A stretch of DNA of 64,000 bases, taken from contig JBHGNT010000004.1 in assembly GCA_043228905.1 (NCBI GenBank), positions 13,392,001 to 13,456,000 on the forward strand, in the 5' to 3' direction. A model generated the notes under the pieces. The model saw nothing but the letters and a program-made list of their open reading frames with translations. It was not told where the DNA came from and made no database searches. Position numbers and translations under genes: made by a program. Below are positions 33,815 to 47,400 of this stretch, piece by piece (position 1 is the first letter of the stretch; every line of letters begins with the position of its first letter). The DNA is from Azolla caroliniana (taxonomy: Eukaryota > Plantae > Polypodiophyta).

Positions 33815-35835
33815 TCATGACACTATCCCCCTTTTAAAACGACGAGTGTAACGAGTCGTTTTGGATTGAGGAACCGGTTTGTCTGGATATTGACGATGGA
33901 AGTCTTCAAGAAGAGCATGAGCATTGGTGACATTCTCTATAGGTTCCCAAGTACGCTCATTGGGACTATATCCTAGCCAATCGACTAGATAGTAGAGCTT
34001 GTTGCGAACAATCTTGGAATCAAGGATGGCGGCAACCTCGTACTCAGGTCCATCTTCAAGCTCGATCGGCGGTGGAGGCTGTGTAATACGTCCTGGGATG
34101 GTGCTCTCTTGATAGGGTTCAAGGAGAGAACTATGAAACACCGGATGTATCCGAAGTTGCGGAGGTAGATTGAGACGAAAAGCGACATAATTAATCTTTC
34201 CTATAATATGGAAAGGACCTAATCGCTGATAATCCAACTTCTCGCATGGGCGAGTAGTCTTGATGTGTCGTCGTAGTAGCCATACCCGATCTCCAATGTT
34301 AAAACTGGATGGGAGTCGATGACGATCCACATAAACCTTGTATGTTTGTTGAGCTTATTGGAGATGAGTAGATAAATCCGCTTGTATCTTGTGTAACTGC
34401 TCCAAACGATCCTCCGCGCAAGGATTTGTGGACAACTCGAGGGTTTCAAGTACACACCACCGGGGGTGACATCCCGTATAAGCATAAAATGGTGTAACTT
34501 TAGTCGATGCGTCGATAGAGTTATTATAGGCAAATTTGGCGAAGTGGAGAATATCTGCCCAGTCATCCTAATGATAGCTGAGAAAGCACCGCAGATATTG
34601 CTCCAGCGTTTGATTGGTTCGTTCGGCTTGGCCGTCGGTTTGTGGGTGGTAGCCGGAGGAGAGGTTACAAGTGACCTTGAGCATTTTGAAAAGGTGCTTC
34701 TAGAATTTTGACACGAACTGGGGTCCACGGTCGTTGATGATACTATCGGGAAGTCCATGATGCCGACATACTTCACGCATGACAATTTCGACAGTGTCTT
34801 CACTGGAGATTTCCTTAGTACATGGCAAGAAATGAGCCATCTTCGTATATCGATCTACCACTGTTAGAATCGCATTGAACCCCTTAGAGACTGGAAGATC
34901 TGTGATGAAGTCTAGAGCAATGGATTGCCAAGGCTTGCTTGGAATTGGTAATGGTTCTAATAAACCATATGGATGATGCCTTGGCATTTTCGCTATGCAA
35001 CATATATCACAAGTACGAACAAAATCTTCGACAAATTGTCGCATACGGGGCCACCAAAATGATCGTTGTACTAAATCGAATGTTTTAGTACTACCAAAAT
35101 GCCCAACTGTATATGTGTCATGACAGTTTTGTACTACTTGAAGGTGGCAAGAACCATTAGGAACATACAAAAGTTCTTTAAAGAAGAGTAATCCATCATG
35201 GTATTTGAATTGCCAATAGTCCGTACTTGGTGGTTGTGATTGTGAACATGACGCTCGAGAGGGATCAATTTGTGCTAGTATAGCTTGGGCGAAAGCATCT
35301 GTCTTCAGGTCCGCACATATGATATTGATAACGTGGGAATCCATGGGCATGCCAAAGACCTGTGTTGCTTGCAGTCGTGCCGGTCCCAAGATTACTTGCT
35401 TTTGGTTATCGAAAGCTGGCTCGCCGGGACGCGGTGCTAGGTATGAACGCCGTGATAATGCATCTACTTTCCCTTGATGCTTCCCAGGTCGATATGTAAT
35501 CTTGAAGTCGAAATGCGTGAGAAAATGGGCCCACCGAGCTTGACGTCGATTTAACACACGACCGTCTTGAAAATAGGCAAGGTTTTTGTGGTCACTGAAT
35601 ACAGTGACTTGATGAGAAGATCCCTCTAGAAAATGCCTCCATTGCATAAAAGAGTCCGTTATAGCCAATAGCTCTTTATCATGAATTTCGTAGTTGATTT
35701 CAGCGGCGTCAAACTTGCGTGAGTGAAAAGCCACAGGATGTAGCTTTTCATCATTACCTCGTTGTGATAGAATGCTCCCCAATGCAACATCCGATGCGTC
35801 CGCTTCGATGATGAATGGTTTTTCTGGATCAACGT
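33815..35835 (-). pseudogene. pol: RNase H-integrase-chromodomain of element B
   Basis: NYEIHDKELLAI, HDTYTVGHFG..CDIC, PWQSIALDFITDLP, DRGPQF, RLGPF, and chromodomain EYEVAAILDSKIVRNKLYYLVDWLGYSPNERTWEP. Confidence 0.93.
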
Positions 35836-36496
35836 TGTTGTGCCCTTCGGCTCTGGATCGTTGCGTGAGTCGGGTGGGAACCGCTGAGGTTTTTGACTAG
35901 GAGGAAGAGGAATACAACTTAAGGCTAGTTATGAATAGTGGAAAGAGAAGTAAGATAGCAATCTCGTGAATCCCACAAGTTTAGTGTAATTAAAACAATA
36001 TTTAGATTATAAGAGCAATTAGATGGCAAAATTCGTGAATCCCACGAATGTATTTGATTGATCAATCCTTGAATATTAATCAACAACCTTATACATATTT
36101 CTCTCCTCCTTATATAAAGATGGAGGAGGCTAAGCATGGCTTCATGCTTTTTCACCTAAAGTGTCCATGCACACTAAATGTGCATGTGATGCTTTGTCAT
36201 TTCCTAAATATAGGGCTCATGCACGCTAGATGTGCATGAGTCACTTTTAATGTCACGTGTAAATAAAATATTCACACTCTAAAGAATACATGATTTTTAC
36301 CTTTTAATAAAGGTATGTGTAAATAAAGGTCTTATATGTATTAAATCTATATTTATAACACTAAAGATAAGTTATTACAATGATAAAGTTGGGGTTTATC
36401 TACGTGGAGGTGCATGGTTCGAATCCTGCCCTATGCACGTGATAAATTCTTTTGATATATTATTTATTTATTTATATGTATCTAAAATCGGATATA

Positions 36497-39400
36497 TTAT
36501 TTTATGGTTTTCACGTAGTGTGTGGAATACACTACGACACTCGCCCCCTCCGAACCCGCACATCCTCCGGTATGTGCCGAAGTTCTCGATTCCCCATATC
36601 CGTCTTCACCCAAAGCTTCCTCCGATTCTCCCCTTATGTCGACTATGAGTTGTAATTCACTTTCTTCGCTTCCCGCATCACCGTGGTCTTCATCCGATTG
36701 CTCCTCGTTGTCGGCCTTGGCTTGGATCACATAGGGTTTGTCGTCGGTCCGCTTCTTGAAAATCTTCACCCGCTTCCCGGCTATAGGCACTCGTAGTATT
36801 GTTCCATCCAACTCGGACAGTCGGTACGTTCCGTTGTCGAAGACTTTCCGAACCTCGTATGGCCCAAACCATCTTTTCGCGAATTTCCGCATCGTTGTAT
36901 GTTGATGTTCCAAACTACTGTCATAGACGATCACCCAATCTCCTTCTTCAATCCTCCTCGGTCGTAGTCGGTGCTTTGTGTCGAACCGGCTTTTGTTCCT
37001 TAATCGTGCTTCTTGTTGTCGGCGTATTGCTTCCGCTATGTCTGCCGGTCTTCCCTCTAGTTGTCGTATCTGGACCGCTAGTAGTTCTTCCCGGCTCATC
37101 TCTTCCTTCCACGGTAGCACTGTCCATGTTGCGATCGCGGTTTCCGTCGGCATTACCGGTGCTTGTCCGGTCATGAGTTCTGCTGGCATGTAACCGGTTA
37201 TGGAGCTATGCGTCGTCCGATCCGCCCATAGCGCATACGGAAGCATCTGCGGCCAATCCTTCACCTTTCCATTGCATGCCTTCGCAAGTGCTTTCACGAT
37301 CGGACTATGTCCTCGTTCGATTTTCCCGTTGGCCTCCGGATTGTATGTCGTTGTCAGCGATAACCGAACTCCGTGTTTGGCGAAGAATCCCCTAGCTTTG
37401 TCCGAGTCGAGTTCTCCCCGGTCCGCAATCACTTGTCCTACGCACCCGTACTTGCAAAATACTTCCTCCAAAAGAAATTGGCATACCGCGGAACACGTTT
37501 TCCTCTGAAGCGCTCGACCTTCTACTTGATTCGTGAGATCTTCCCGAGCTAATGCCAAGTATTTCTTTTGTCCGATCCCGGTCAGCATGGCCACTATGTC
37601 AACCATCCACTTGAAGTTGATTGTCGGTGAGAATGTCGGATGTAACTCATCTCGATGTCGAACCCCGGAGTAGACTTGACATTTCTCGCAGCTTTCCGTG
37701 AACTCCGCGACATCTTTGTACATTTTCTTCCACCAATATTTTTGCTTGATCTTCACAAATGTTGCCCATGTTCCTCAGTGTCCAGCCCAATCGGATTCGT
37801 GAAACTCAGACATTATCCGGTTTCGTTGCTCTTTTGTCCCGACTACTCGAAGTGGTATACCATCCGGTCTTTTCGGCGCCCTCCATATTAATCCGTTTTC
37901 CAAGAAGAACTTTTGGACTTGTCTCTTCTTCCTTCGGATCTCGGCTCTTCTTCCTTTATCGTTTGTTGAATCCTCGGCCTCTTGTAACATCTTTCCGATC
38001 ATCAAGCTTTCTCCCTCGTATTCTTCTTCCCGGAATTCTCGGATTACGTTTACTCGGCATATGTGCTCCGACGCGAAGTAGTCTTCGGAAACTTCTTCAT
38101 TATCCGATTCGGTTATGTCATCTCCGAACCGAGCCCTTGATAACATATCCGCTACCGCGTTGTCCTTCCCGAGATGTGTCGAACCTCCGGATTAAGCGAC
38201 TTGACATATGCAACCCACCTTAGCATAGCTACATCCGGTATCGTACAACACCGCATCATCCCGAGTATCGGACGACAATCCGTCTCGATCACCACTTCGG
38301 CTCCGATCAAATAATCCCGATCCGATTTTATCGCCGACACGACTCCCCACAGTTCTCTTTTGACTTGTGCATATCCACGTTGCCTTTTGTTGAGAACCTT
38401 TGCTCCGAATCGGATCGGATACCGCGAACCATCCGAGTCGGCTTGATTGATGACCCACCCGATACCGGTTGGACTTGTATCAACCGTTACTATGATCGGT
38501 CGGTCGTAGCTCGGCTTCTTAAGTGCTTCCGCCCTCCGAAGTGTCTTCTTCAATTTCTTCATGGCTTTGGTGTGTTCCGGTTTCCATTCGAATTTCTTAC
38601 CTTTCCACAACAAGTGGTAGAGCGGGTCCGCTATATGTGCATAGTGCGGAATCCATATGTGATAGAATGCACATGCACTGAGAAACCTTCGGACTTCGGA
38701 TGTTGACTCGCATACTTCCTTCATAGCTTGAATCGCATCGATCTTTGTTGGTGACGGTCTTCGGCCGTAGGGCCCACATAGATGTCCGACCACCAATATT
38801 TCTTCTTGCCCGAATGCCGATTTCTCCCCGGAAAGTGTTAGGTGCACATCTTCTAGCTTTCGCAACACTTTCTCGCAATCACGAATATGGTCGACCACGA
38901 ACTTTCGGCATCCCCGATCATCCATAGTCTCATCTTTTTCTTCTACCACGCATCCTTTCATCGGAATGTCATCGAGGAACGGCATCGTTATCTCCGGAAT
39001 GCAGTCTCGAAGCACCTTGTTCATCGCATTCATCATATGAGCAACCGAGTTTGTCGCTCCTTGTGGTAGTGTGCACATTCGGACTAATCCTATCGGTGTT
39101 CGCATGGTTGTGATGTCTCGGCTCTCCACGGCTAGTTGGAATTGGTCATACCCCGAGTATAGGTCTCCGATGGAGTATATCGCACGACCGGCAAAAGCTT
39201 CCGCAAATTCGTCCACTATCGGACCGACTTCCGAGTTCCGGATCGTGACCTTATTCACCGGTTGCAAGTCTTGGATAAATCGGAGTGACCCATTCTTCTT
39301 CGGAACCGTAAACCATCGATTTGAGTACGGAGCAATTGATGGCTCTAGAATCCCCATCGCCACCTTCTCCTTGAGCAAGTCAATGACTTTCGGAATATGC

Positions 39401-40137
39401 GCTCGTGGCACCGGAATCGGCTTCAGGTTCCACGGTACATGGTCAATCGTGAAGATCACCATCGGCTCCACTGTTCTCGGATCGACGCACCCTATCTCCC
39501 TTGATGTAAATGCAAATGCTTTGCCGTGTTGCTCCAACATCTCGCGAAACCGTTCTTCTTCTTTTTGTAATAGGAACCCACCTCCACCGATCCGAAGTTT
39601 CTTCCGGGTCTCATCCGTGAAGGCATGTCCGATATCCACGGACTTCCGAAGTGTCGGATCTCCCGAGACTTCTTTCCTCTTTTGTTCGCTATCGGCGGGT
39701 AGTGGTCCCGCGGCCGGTTTCACCTTCTTCTCCACGGTCTTGTATTTCGTACTTACCATTGCTTCTTCTTTGCGGAGCGTATCCAGCTCCATTTTCGCAA
39801 TGATCTCGTACATCTCGACCGATTCCACCGGGACTACCCAGTTCCCTTGGCTTTTATCTTCCGCAAGCTCTTCAAGTCGTTGTAGCGTGCTCCCATAGAA
39901 CACTTCTTCGACTATCCCCACGATTTCTTCATCTTCTTTTATTATTGATGCCGACCGCAACTTATCCTCCACTTGTCGGTATCCTTTCTTCAATCCTCCG
40001 GTTACGGTTGTGTACGTAGATGCCCCATCCGGACCGATTCGTACATGTTTTGCTCCGAGAGTTTTCTTCCTGTGTGGGGTATCAGGGCTTCTCGGACTAT
40101 CACTTCCCCACTCCGCAACAGTCCGCTTTAAAAATCC
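36497..40137 (-). pseudogene. pol: Gypsy-W2 ORF2 RT-RNase H-integrase (one frameshift at ~38165, one stop at ~37775)
   Basis: ORFs 39993-38152, 38146-37775 and 37756-36497 are highly similar to W1. Confidence 0.92.
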
Positions 40138-42170
40138 ATTCTCACTTGGGACAAGAGTTCCCTCTTGTTCCTTTCGTGATTTGCCGGCACCGTTAGGAAT
40201 TGGACGGATTTCCCACCGTTTTGGCTCCGAATTCGCGCAAAAGCCGCATCGCTATCGAGCACCTTCGTCTCCATCCGTGATGCCGTGATAAAGGGTTGGC
40301 CGAGGATGACGGAATGTGAAAACTCATCTTGCACGAAGAAATTTTGCTCGATCTCGACATCCCCGATCTTCACCGTCACATCCGGACAAGCCGCAAATAG
40401 ATCTTCCGTAGCTTTGGTGGCCGCCCGAATCTTCCATCCATGGTTGGTGTTAATAGGCCACTTTCCCTTCCGGTAGAACTCCTTGGACATCAAGTTGATC
40501 TCCGATCCGTGATCAATCAATGCTAGCACGGGTTCTTTGATGTTGCCGATTTGGACCGGAGTCTCCGTAGTCGCGCGTGCCCAATGTGGCCTTGTATAGT
40601 GGGAGTTCGGAATTTCGTCCTCCACTTCGGTGTCGTTCATTAAAACGGTGTTCGCATTCACCCTTGGAGCATTTTCCTCCGTACTTTGTCTTTTTCGCTT
40701 CACGAGATCCACGAGAAGATCGTGGAACTCCTTCTTTGCTATTCCGAGTAGCTCCCGAAGCGAGAAATCTACCCGGCTATCCAAGATTCTTTCCTCGAAC
40801 ACTCTTTTCAAGTCGGTTTGTTGTTCTATGTCCGAGGCGAGCTTGAATGCCGGAGTCGCCTTTTCTTTTCCCTTACCTCCGGAGTTCCAACTTTCCGGTA
40901 TCTTCGATGGCCCGGCGGCATCCTCCGTGCGTCGTCATTTCTCGTCCACATACACCTTATGCAATTGACACAGGGCGTATACGCTATTCTTGTCGACAGG
41001 GCACTCCCATCCCGTAGCTTCCCGGATGCCTTCTGCGGTGCTTCGGATCTCGTTGGAGTCGGTTTTCTCGGTGTTTTCTAGAACTTCCGGCCAAAAAGAC
41101 GTCTTTGCTCTCAATGACTCCCCGACACATATTCCCGCGGTTGTCGCATAGTTGCTTCTCGCCGCCAATTCCTCCTCGAGCACCTTCTTCATGCCGCCTT
41201 TCCGGAAGTTCAGTCGGAGTGGCTTCCGAGAGTCCATTGAATGAATCCGGTTTCCCTCGTAGTAGTTGAGATCCCGCTGTAGTGCCTCCTTATGCTCGTC
41301 ACAATCCCTCCGATCGTGTTCGGCGCTATCGCACCATATGCACCGTCGGTCTGTATACTTGGAGCTTGTGGGGCGGTCATCCGACTTCTTCACCATCGCG
41401 ATCTTCAGATTCTCCATCTCCTTCAATAGTTGCTCCACCGTAGATGCATCAATCCCCTTCTCGGTTGTAGTCTCTCGAGCCCTCGGTTGATGGTCTTCCA
41501 ATCCGGTTCTCGGTTTCGGAATCGGTTCCGAAACCCTCTTTTCCTCGTCGGGAAGCCATTGCCCCCTCTTCGTGTATCGCACGACGATATCCCGCACGCT
41601 TTCCCATGTTTCGGTGAGGCCGCTCTCCATGGTCGTGTCCTCCAAGAGCACTCCGAGATCTTTCCGGTCCCGGACGTCCACGGCTCGCAAGAACATGATC
41701 ACCTTGTCCGGTACGAGGATAGCTTGATCTCTCGCGGACAACCTCCCGAACCGGCTTTCAATTGCCGAAAACACATCAACGACCTTCAATCCCTTGTCCG
41801 GTGTCTCCACCCAATCTTCGAATCCCCTTCGTGTCGCCTTGGAGGAATCCTCGATGGCGAACGTCCTCTTTAGCTCTACTTCAAATGCCTCCCATGTCGG
41901 ATTTTGCTGTCATAGTCCATGGATGCTTGCTTGAAGCCCGTCGGTCGCCACCTGGTTGAAGGACGTCACTTGCAGTCCTTCCGATATTCCGCACCGTAGC
42001 ATCTCCACCTTGTAGTCCCGAAGATACCGCGACACGTCTTTCCCGTTGAATTGCCCGTTTCGTTGCACGAGCCGCTCCACTGATGCCGCTATCTCCGACA
42101 TCGCGCGTTGTTCTTGTAGCATGCGCTCGAACATCATCATCATGTTGCTAGCCTCCGGTTGATTTTCCAT
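40128..42170 (-). pseudogene. gag: Gypsy-W2 ORF1 Gag-protease, single frame with two premature stops
   Basis: ORFs 42170-41910, 41810-40935 and 40811-40128 are all in one frame, with the CCHC knuckle and ALIDHGSEINLM. Confidence 0.92.
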
Positions 42171-43683
42171 CTCCTTGCCACCCGGTGTTCACGTCGGGTT
42201 CACCAACTGTGTCGTGCCCTTCGGCTCCGGATCGTTGCGTGAGTCGGGTGGGAACCGCCGAGGTTTTTGACTAGGAGGAAGAGGAATACAACTTAAGGCT
42301 AGTTATGCATAGTGGAAAGAGAAGTAAGATAGCAATCTCATGAATCCCACGAGTTTAGTGTAATTAAAACAATATTTAGATTATAAGAGCAATTAGATGG
42401 CAAAATTCGTGAATCCCACGAATATATTAGATTGATCAAACCTTGTATATTAATCAACAACCTTATACATATTTCTCTCCTCCTTATATAAAGATGGAGG
42501 AGGCTAAGCATGGCTTCATGCTTTTTCACCTAAAGTGTCCATGCACACTAAATGTGCATGTGATGCTTTGTCATTTCCTAAATATAGGGCTCATGCACGC
42601 TAGATGTGCATGAGTCACTTTTAATGGCACGTGTAAATAAAATATTCACACTCTAAAGAATACATGATTTTTACCTTTTAATAAAGGTATGTGTAAATAA
42701 AGGTCTTATACGTATTAAATCTATATTTATAACACTAAAGATAAGTTATTACAATGGTAAAGTTAGGGTTTATCTATGTGGAGGTGCATGGTTCGAATCT
42801 TGCCCTATGCACGTGATAAATTCTTTTGATATATTATTTATTTATTTATAGGTATCGAAAATCGGATATATTATTTTATGGTTTTCACGTAGTGTGTGGA
42901 ATACACTTCGACAATGTGAGCTAGAATCAGAGCCGATGTAAATGCCTGTTTAAGATTCTCAAAAGCCATGTCCGCTTCTTCAGACCAAACGAACGATTGT
43001 CCCTTCCTAGTAAGTTGTGTAAGAGGCAAAACGAGCTTTGAGTAATCCTTTATAAACTTCCGGTAAAAATTGGCAAAGCCTAGAAAGCATTGCACATCCC
43101 GCACCGAACGCGGAGTCTGCCATTCTACCACCGTTTTGACCTTAGCGGGGTCCATGGAGATGCCTTCTGAGGAAATGACATAGCTGAGAAATTCCACCTA
43201 GTTGCACCCGAAACTACATTTTTCCAGCTTTGCATAAAGACCATGTTCTCGAAGTCGTTTTAGTACTAACAGTACATGAGAATCATGCTCTTCTTGGGTC
43301 TTTGAGTAGACCAGTAGATCATCCAAATAGATGATTAGACACACATCCAAGAGATCTCGGAAAATATCATTTGCCATGTGCTGGAAGACGGCTGGCGCAT
43401 TAGTGAGGCCGAACGGCATGCGTAAGTCGATCTTCGTGAAGAACCTGGCACCATTGATACGTTCTAACCGTTTCCATTTTACTAGGGAGGATAAGAGGAT
43501 TAATAAGAAGATAAAAGGAAGAGGAGGAAAGGAAGATACAGAAGGAAGATCGACCAAAATCGGTTCAAACTGTCAGGAACAGTACTAAGACAGAGAAGGA
43601 ATTAGTACTAAAAGAAGTATTAGTACTAAGAGAGGTGAAGAACTCTCGAAAGAAGGAAAGAGTGAGTGAAAGGGAGGGAGAGA

Positions 43684-44471
43684 TAGATAGATAGATTATA
43701 TTATCGTCTTCGGAGGTCAAATATGACCTATGAGACCAAAAATATTACATTTCACGTGATACGTGTGAAAGTGAGTAGTGACTCTCGATGTGCAAGAACT
43801 TTACCAATGAATGTTGCAATCGAGAGTGCACATTGTGGTTGTGAGAGGAATTCATGCAAAGGTTGGGCTCGATCGAAGAGATGTGGAAAGCATGGTCGAA
43901 TATGATCAAAGGCAGAGCATTGTATCAAAGTGTGATACTCAGACTCGCGAACTTGTTTAGGGCAAAGTGTGCATAGCCGACCACTCTCATCACTTGTACC
44001 CCAACGCCCTGTTTCACATCGCAATGCATGTGAGCTAAGTCGCATGGAAGCAATGGTTCAAATGGCAGATAATGGTATGGGCTCTAACATGTATGGATGT
44101 GTACGATTTCCCCGTTCCGCAAAGAATATGGTTTTGTAGTTAGGTTCAACATGTGTAATATAATGTGTGAAGCGTGAGCCTCCACATTTGTCCCATGTCA
44201 TGATACATTGGCATTGCAAAAATGCCTCATTTACAGAGGAATCTAATGATGCATCATGAAGCAAGTGTCTCGCATCCCATCTACCAAACCATTTTTCTAT
44301 ATCTTGCCTCCAACCGGAACACAAAATTTTGCTTTTATGTGTCTTTTGGATCTTTTTGCTTGCTTCCCACGCAATTCTAGGAAGTCGATGTGAGGGACTT
44401 TTTTGAACCTTAAGCATGTATTCAACAACCCTTTCCATGGCCATGATCTCAATGGGAAGCGATCCCGTCTC
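43684..44471 (-). mobile_element. 5'-truncated non-LTR retrotransposon (LINE; RTEX/L2-CR1-like C-terminus) inserted in the GA tract of the B 5' LTR
   Basis: RLSSHALRCETGRW...RLCTLC....ESEYHTLIQC C-terminal CCHC-type motif and a 3' (ATCT)n tail. Absent from the sister LTR at 33384-33822. Confidence 0.8.
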
Positions 44472-47400
44472 AAGAGAGAAATCGAGAGAGAGAGAGAGAG
44501 AGAGAGATGATAAGAGAAGATATATATTATGTGAAGAGAATGTACAGTAATAGCTAGGAGGCTTAAGACTGGCGTTGAACCGATTTGGTTCGAAATAATG
44601 CCTTGTGCCTCCTTTTATGGTGTTCTAAGGAATACTCCTGAAGTTTCTAGAATGTTCTAGAGAAATCTGGAATATACATCAATTTTCTATAATAAAACAT
44701 AAATGAAAATAATATTCTATGTATTACAATGTATGGTCTAATGGTCAAGAGCTCAACCCATGTAGCATAAGGTCATGGGTTTGAGTCTTGCCATATCATG
44801 ACAGAACATTTTCTCCTGCTGCCGGTTGCTATCGGTGATGAGCTTCTTGTATTTTGTCTCGACATGTTTATAATCCCTGTGTAGGCGGTCAAAATCTTTT
44901 GTTTTCTGCTTCAGCTTCTGATTGATTTGGCGGCGAGCTCGGTCTTCCTTATCCTTTTGCTGCCAAAGCTCTTCTTTGAGCCTCTCTATCTCTGTTTCCG
45001 CCATCCTTCGAAGTTTATCCTTCTCTTGCAACACTTTTTCTTTCTCTTCCTTAAGCCGGTCATAGGCTTGGTGTCCCTTCCGCAGACTTTCTTCTGCTCG
45101 GCGAAGGTTGTCGGCAGTCTTCCATTGTTCCTCCTCCGCCACCATTTTTAATTCTCTTTCCCTGGCCCGTAATGCTTCTTGTGCGGCCAGGTCTTCTTTG
45201 AGAATGGCAAGCTCTTGTGCTTGCACTGTAATTATATCCAGTTTGTTCCCGTCACCGGGGTCATATTCTTATGTACAATTGTCGGTGTTTCATTATTTTG
45301 TACATGTACTGGAGCCACCGGTTCTTGTTCCTGGGGTCCTGTTATGACCTTCTTAGCCAATTCTTCCTTGGCTATTTCCAATTCTTGTTCCAAGCTCCGG
45401 ATCCTTGACCGGGCCTTCTCTAGTTCCCTGGTTGTGGTTAGCAAACGGTCCACTTGTGATTTCTCCTCTGCCTCCATATAATGGACCACTCCGGCTATTT
45501 TCTCACCGATCCACCGTAGCCATTGGCTGCCGGTGCCTTGTTGCTGTGTCGGCGAGGAGGGTTGGCCGATTTCTGCGCTTGCCAGTGGCTGATCTTGTCT
45601 GGTTGGCAACTCTGGCTCCGATTGGTTACCACTTGGCAGTACCGGCTCTGGTTGGTCCTGGTGTGCCGGTGATGTAGACAACTAAATCACTGACTCCTGA
45701 ATTACGGGTCTTGTCATGTTCTGACCCGCCGGCGTCGCCTGCTACGCAGGGACTTCTATGACTGGTTCTGTTTGAACCGGTTCTGCTTCCACCCTTGGTT
45801 CTGGGCCCTTAGTGCGGGGTATCGGCGTCCTATCCTTTTCTGGACCCGATTGCTTCCCGGCATGGTCTGCAATGCTCTTCTTCTGGCGCCGTTGGAGGTG
45901 CTCGTTGGGCTCCTCCGCCGTTTCCTCCTCCTGAGTCCCAAGATTGATTTTCATTGCCAAGGGATCTGGCTCCTGTTGACCTGGTCGGCGAAATGTAATC
46001 TTTATTGGCCGTGCCGGTGTTGCCTCCTGCGTCTCCACCTGGTTAGGCTGCTCTTTCGCCGTTTTTTCAGTGTTGGCCTCCTTCCCTTTGGTTGCCTTAG
46101 CCGCCAATAGCTGCTGCCATTTTGAAGCTGGTTTGGAGGTTCCTTTGGCTGATCTTCCCCGCTTCTTTGCCATAATGGGCTCCACTGGTGGTGCTAACAA
46201 TGTGAGCCATTGCGCCATCGCCGACCATATTTTCCTTCTATCCTTCTCTCTTACCGAGTCAATGGCCGCGCGCAGTCCATCGGCGATCATCACCGACCAG
46301 TCCACCTGTATACCTTCATATGTGGCGATAATTAACCCGGCTTTGTTCCTCGGCATTGCCAGGGATCGAGGGTACACATGGCCAAACTCGTGCAGTACAC
46401 GAGCAATCTTTCGAAATAAGACATCCTCGCCGCCTTGTGTGCGATATGCCTTGCTGGCCAGAGAATACCCATTGAAGTATTTCGTGAGCTGCTTCGGGGT
46501 AGGGTTGTCGATGGTGAAGATGCCACCCTCGGGTACCCCCCTCCCAAGGGGGTTCAACGTTAAGGAGAGGGAAGAGAGAGAGATGACAAGAGAGAGAGAT
46601 TGAGAGAGAAATGGTTGTTGTTGTCATTCATTCCCCAAAAGGGGTTAAATAGGTACAAAGGGGTAGATCCACAAGGGTGCAAGCCCCTTGGGCATTCACA
46701 CCTAGTCACTCACTCACATCTCTTTGTATCCACCACACTCACACTCATAATCGTATAAGATTACACATACATTACATCGTTCACCCTCACTTATCAATCA
46801 CCTGTACATCTCATACGGTAACACAATATGGCACGCTCGTGGGAGAGTGCCTTGCACATCGATCCCACATGCCTTGATCATAATCTTTCTTCAACCGGAA
46901 CTTCCATCGGTCCTCTCAACAATCGACTCCCTCGATCAGAGTACTTGACTCAAACATTTGTCGGTCAGCGAATCTTCCGCGACACGAACATTCTCGTTCT
47001 GTCGGCTTACAAACTTTGGTATCCTCTTTCGGGTCCTTAAAAACGTTGTGTGTATGTATATCTTCCTTTTGTTGATTTTGTGATTTGTGTGTCGATCACG
47101 TCCATCACTATCTCCATTTCTTTGTCTCTATCGTTCTACTAGCCACTCATGACCGTTGGTTGTCCCCGCTCCTCTATCTGTCGCCTACACTGTCCGGCCC
47201 GTCGTTTCAGCGTTAGTTGTCCGGTCTTTCTGGCCACATTTCAGCCATTCCGGCCATTCTAGCTGCATTTCGGCCACTTCTGTGCATTTTGGCTGCCTTG
47301 ACCACAACTGACTGCTTCCCGGTTGCCGCCCTGTTTTTGCTGCTTGTCCGACTATTGTTTTCCTTTGTCCGGTTGCTCCAGCTGTTGTTCAACCACTATC

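Larger units (their letters stand above)
35836..42913 (-). mobile_element. Second copy of the tRNA-Trp-primed gypsy family (Gypsy-W2), full length
   Basis: 704-bp LTRs at 35836-36539 and 42210-42913. PBS at 42188-42205. PPT at 36540-36551. 4-bp TSD ACGT (35832-35835) / ATGT (42914-42917) restores host LAHVDPEK. Confidence 0.95.
33384..44803 (-). mobile_element. Tcn1/Tf1-like chromovirus deletion derivative (B)
   Basis: LTRs at 33384-33822 and 43571-44803 (the latter split by a LINE). TSD GAACA at 33379-33383 and 44804-44808. Minus-strand PPT AAAAGGGGGATAG. RT remnant 43470-42914, then RH, IN and chromodomain. Confidence 0.93.
32495..46557 (-). pseudogene. Long antisense accessory ORF of element D (globular N-terminus, P/Q/E-rich linker, long coiled coil, low-complexity tail); interrupted by element B and several stops
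   Basis: ORF pieces 46557-45742, 45681-45232 and 45226-44804 continue across the GAACA TSD (..QQEKMF|KLQNEVQRAETALADER..) into 33378-32866 and 32764-32495. Confidence 0.7.
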
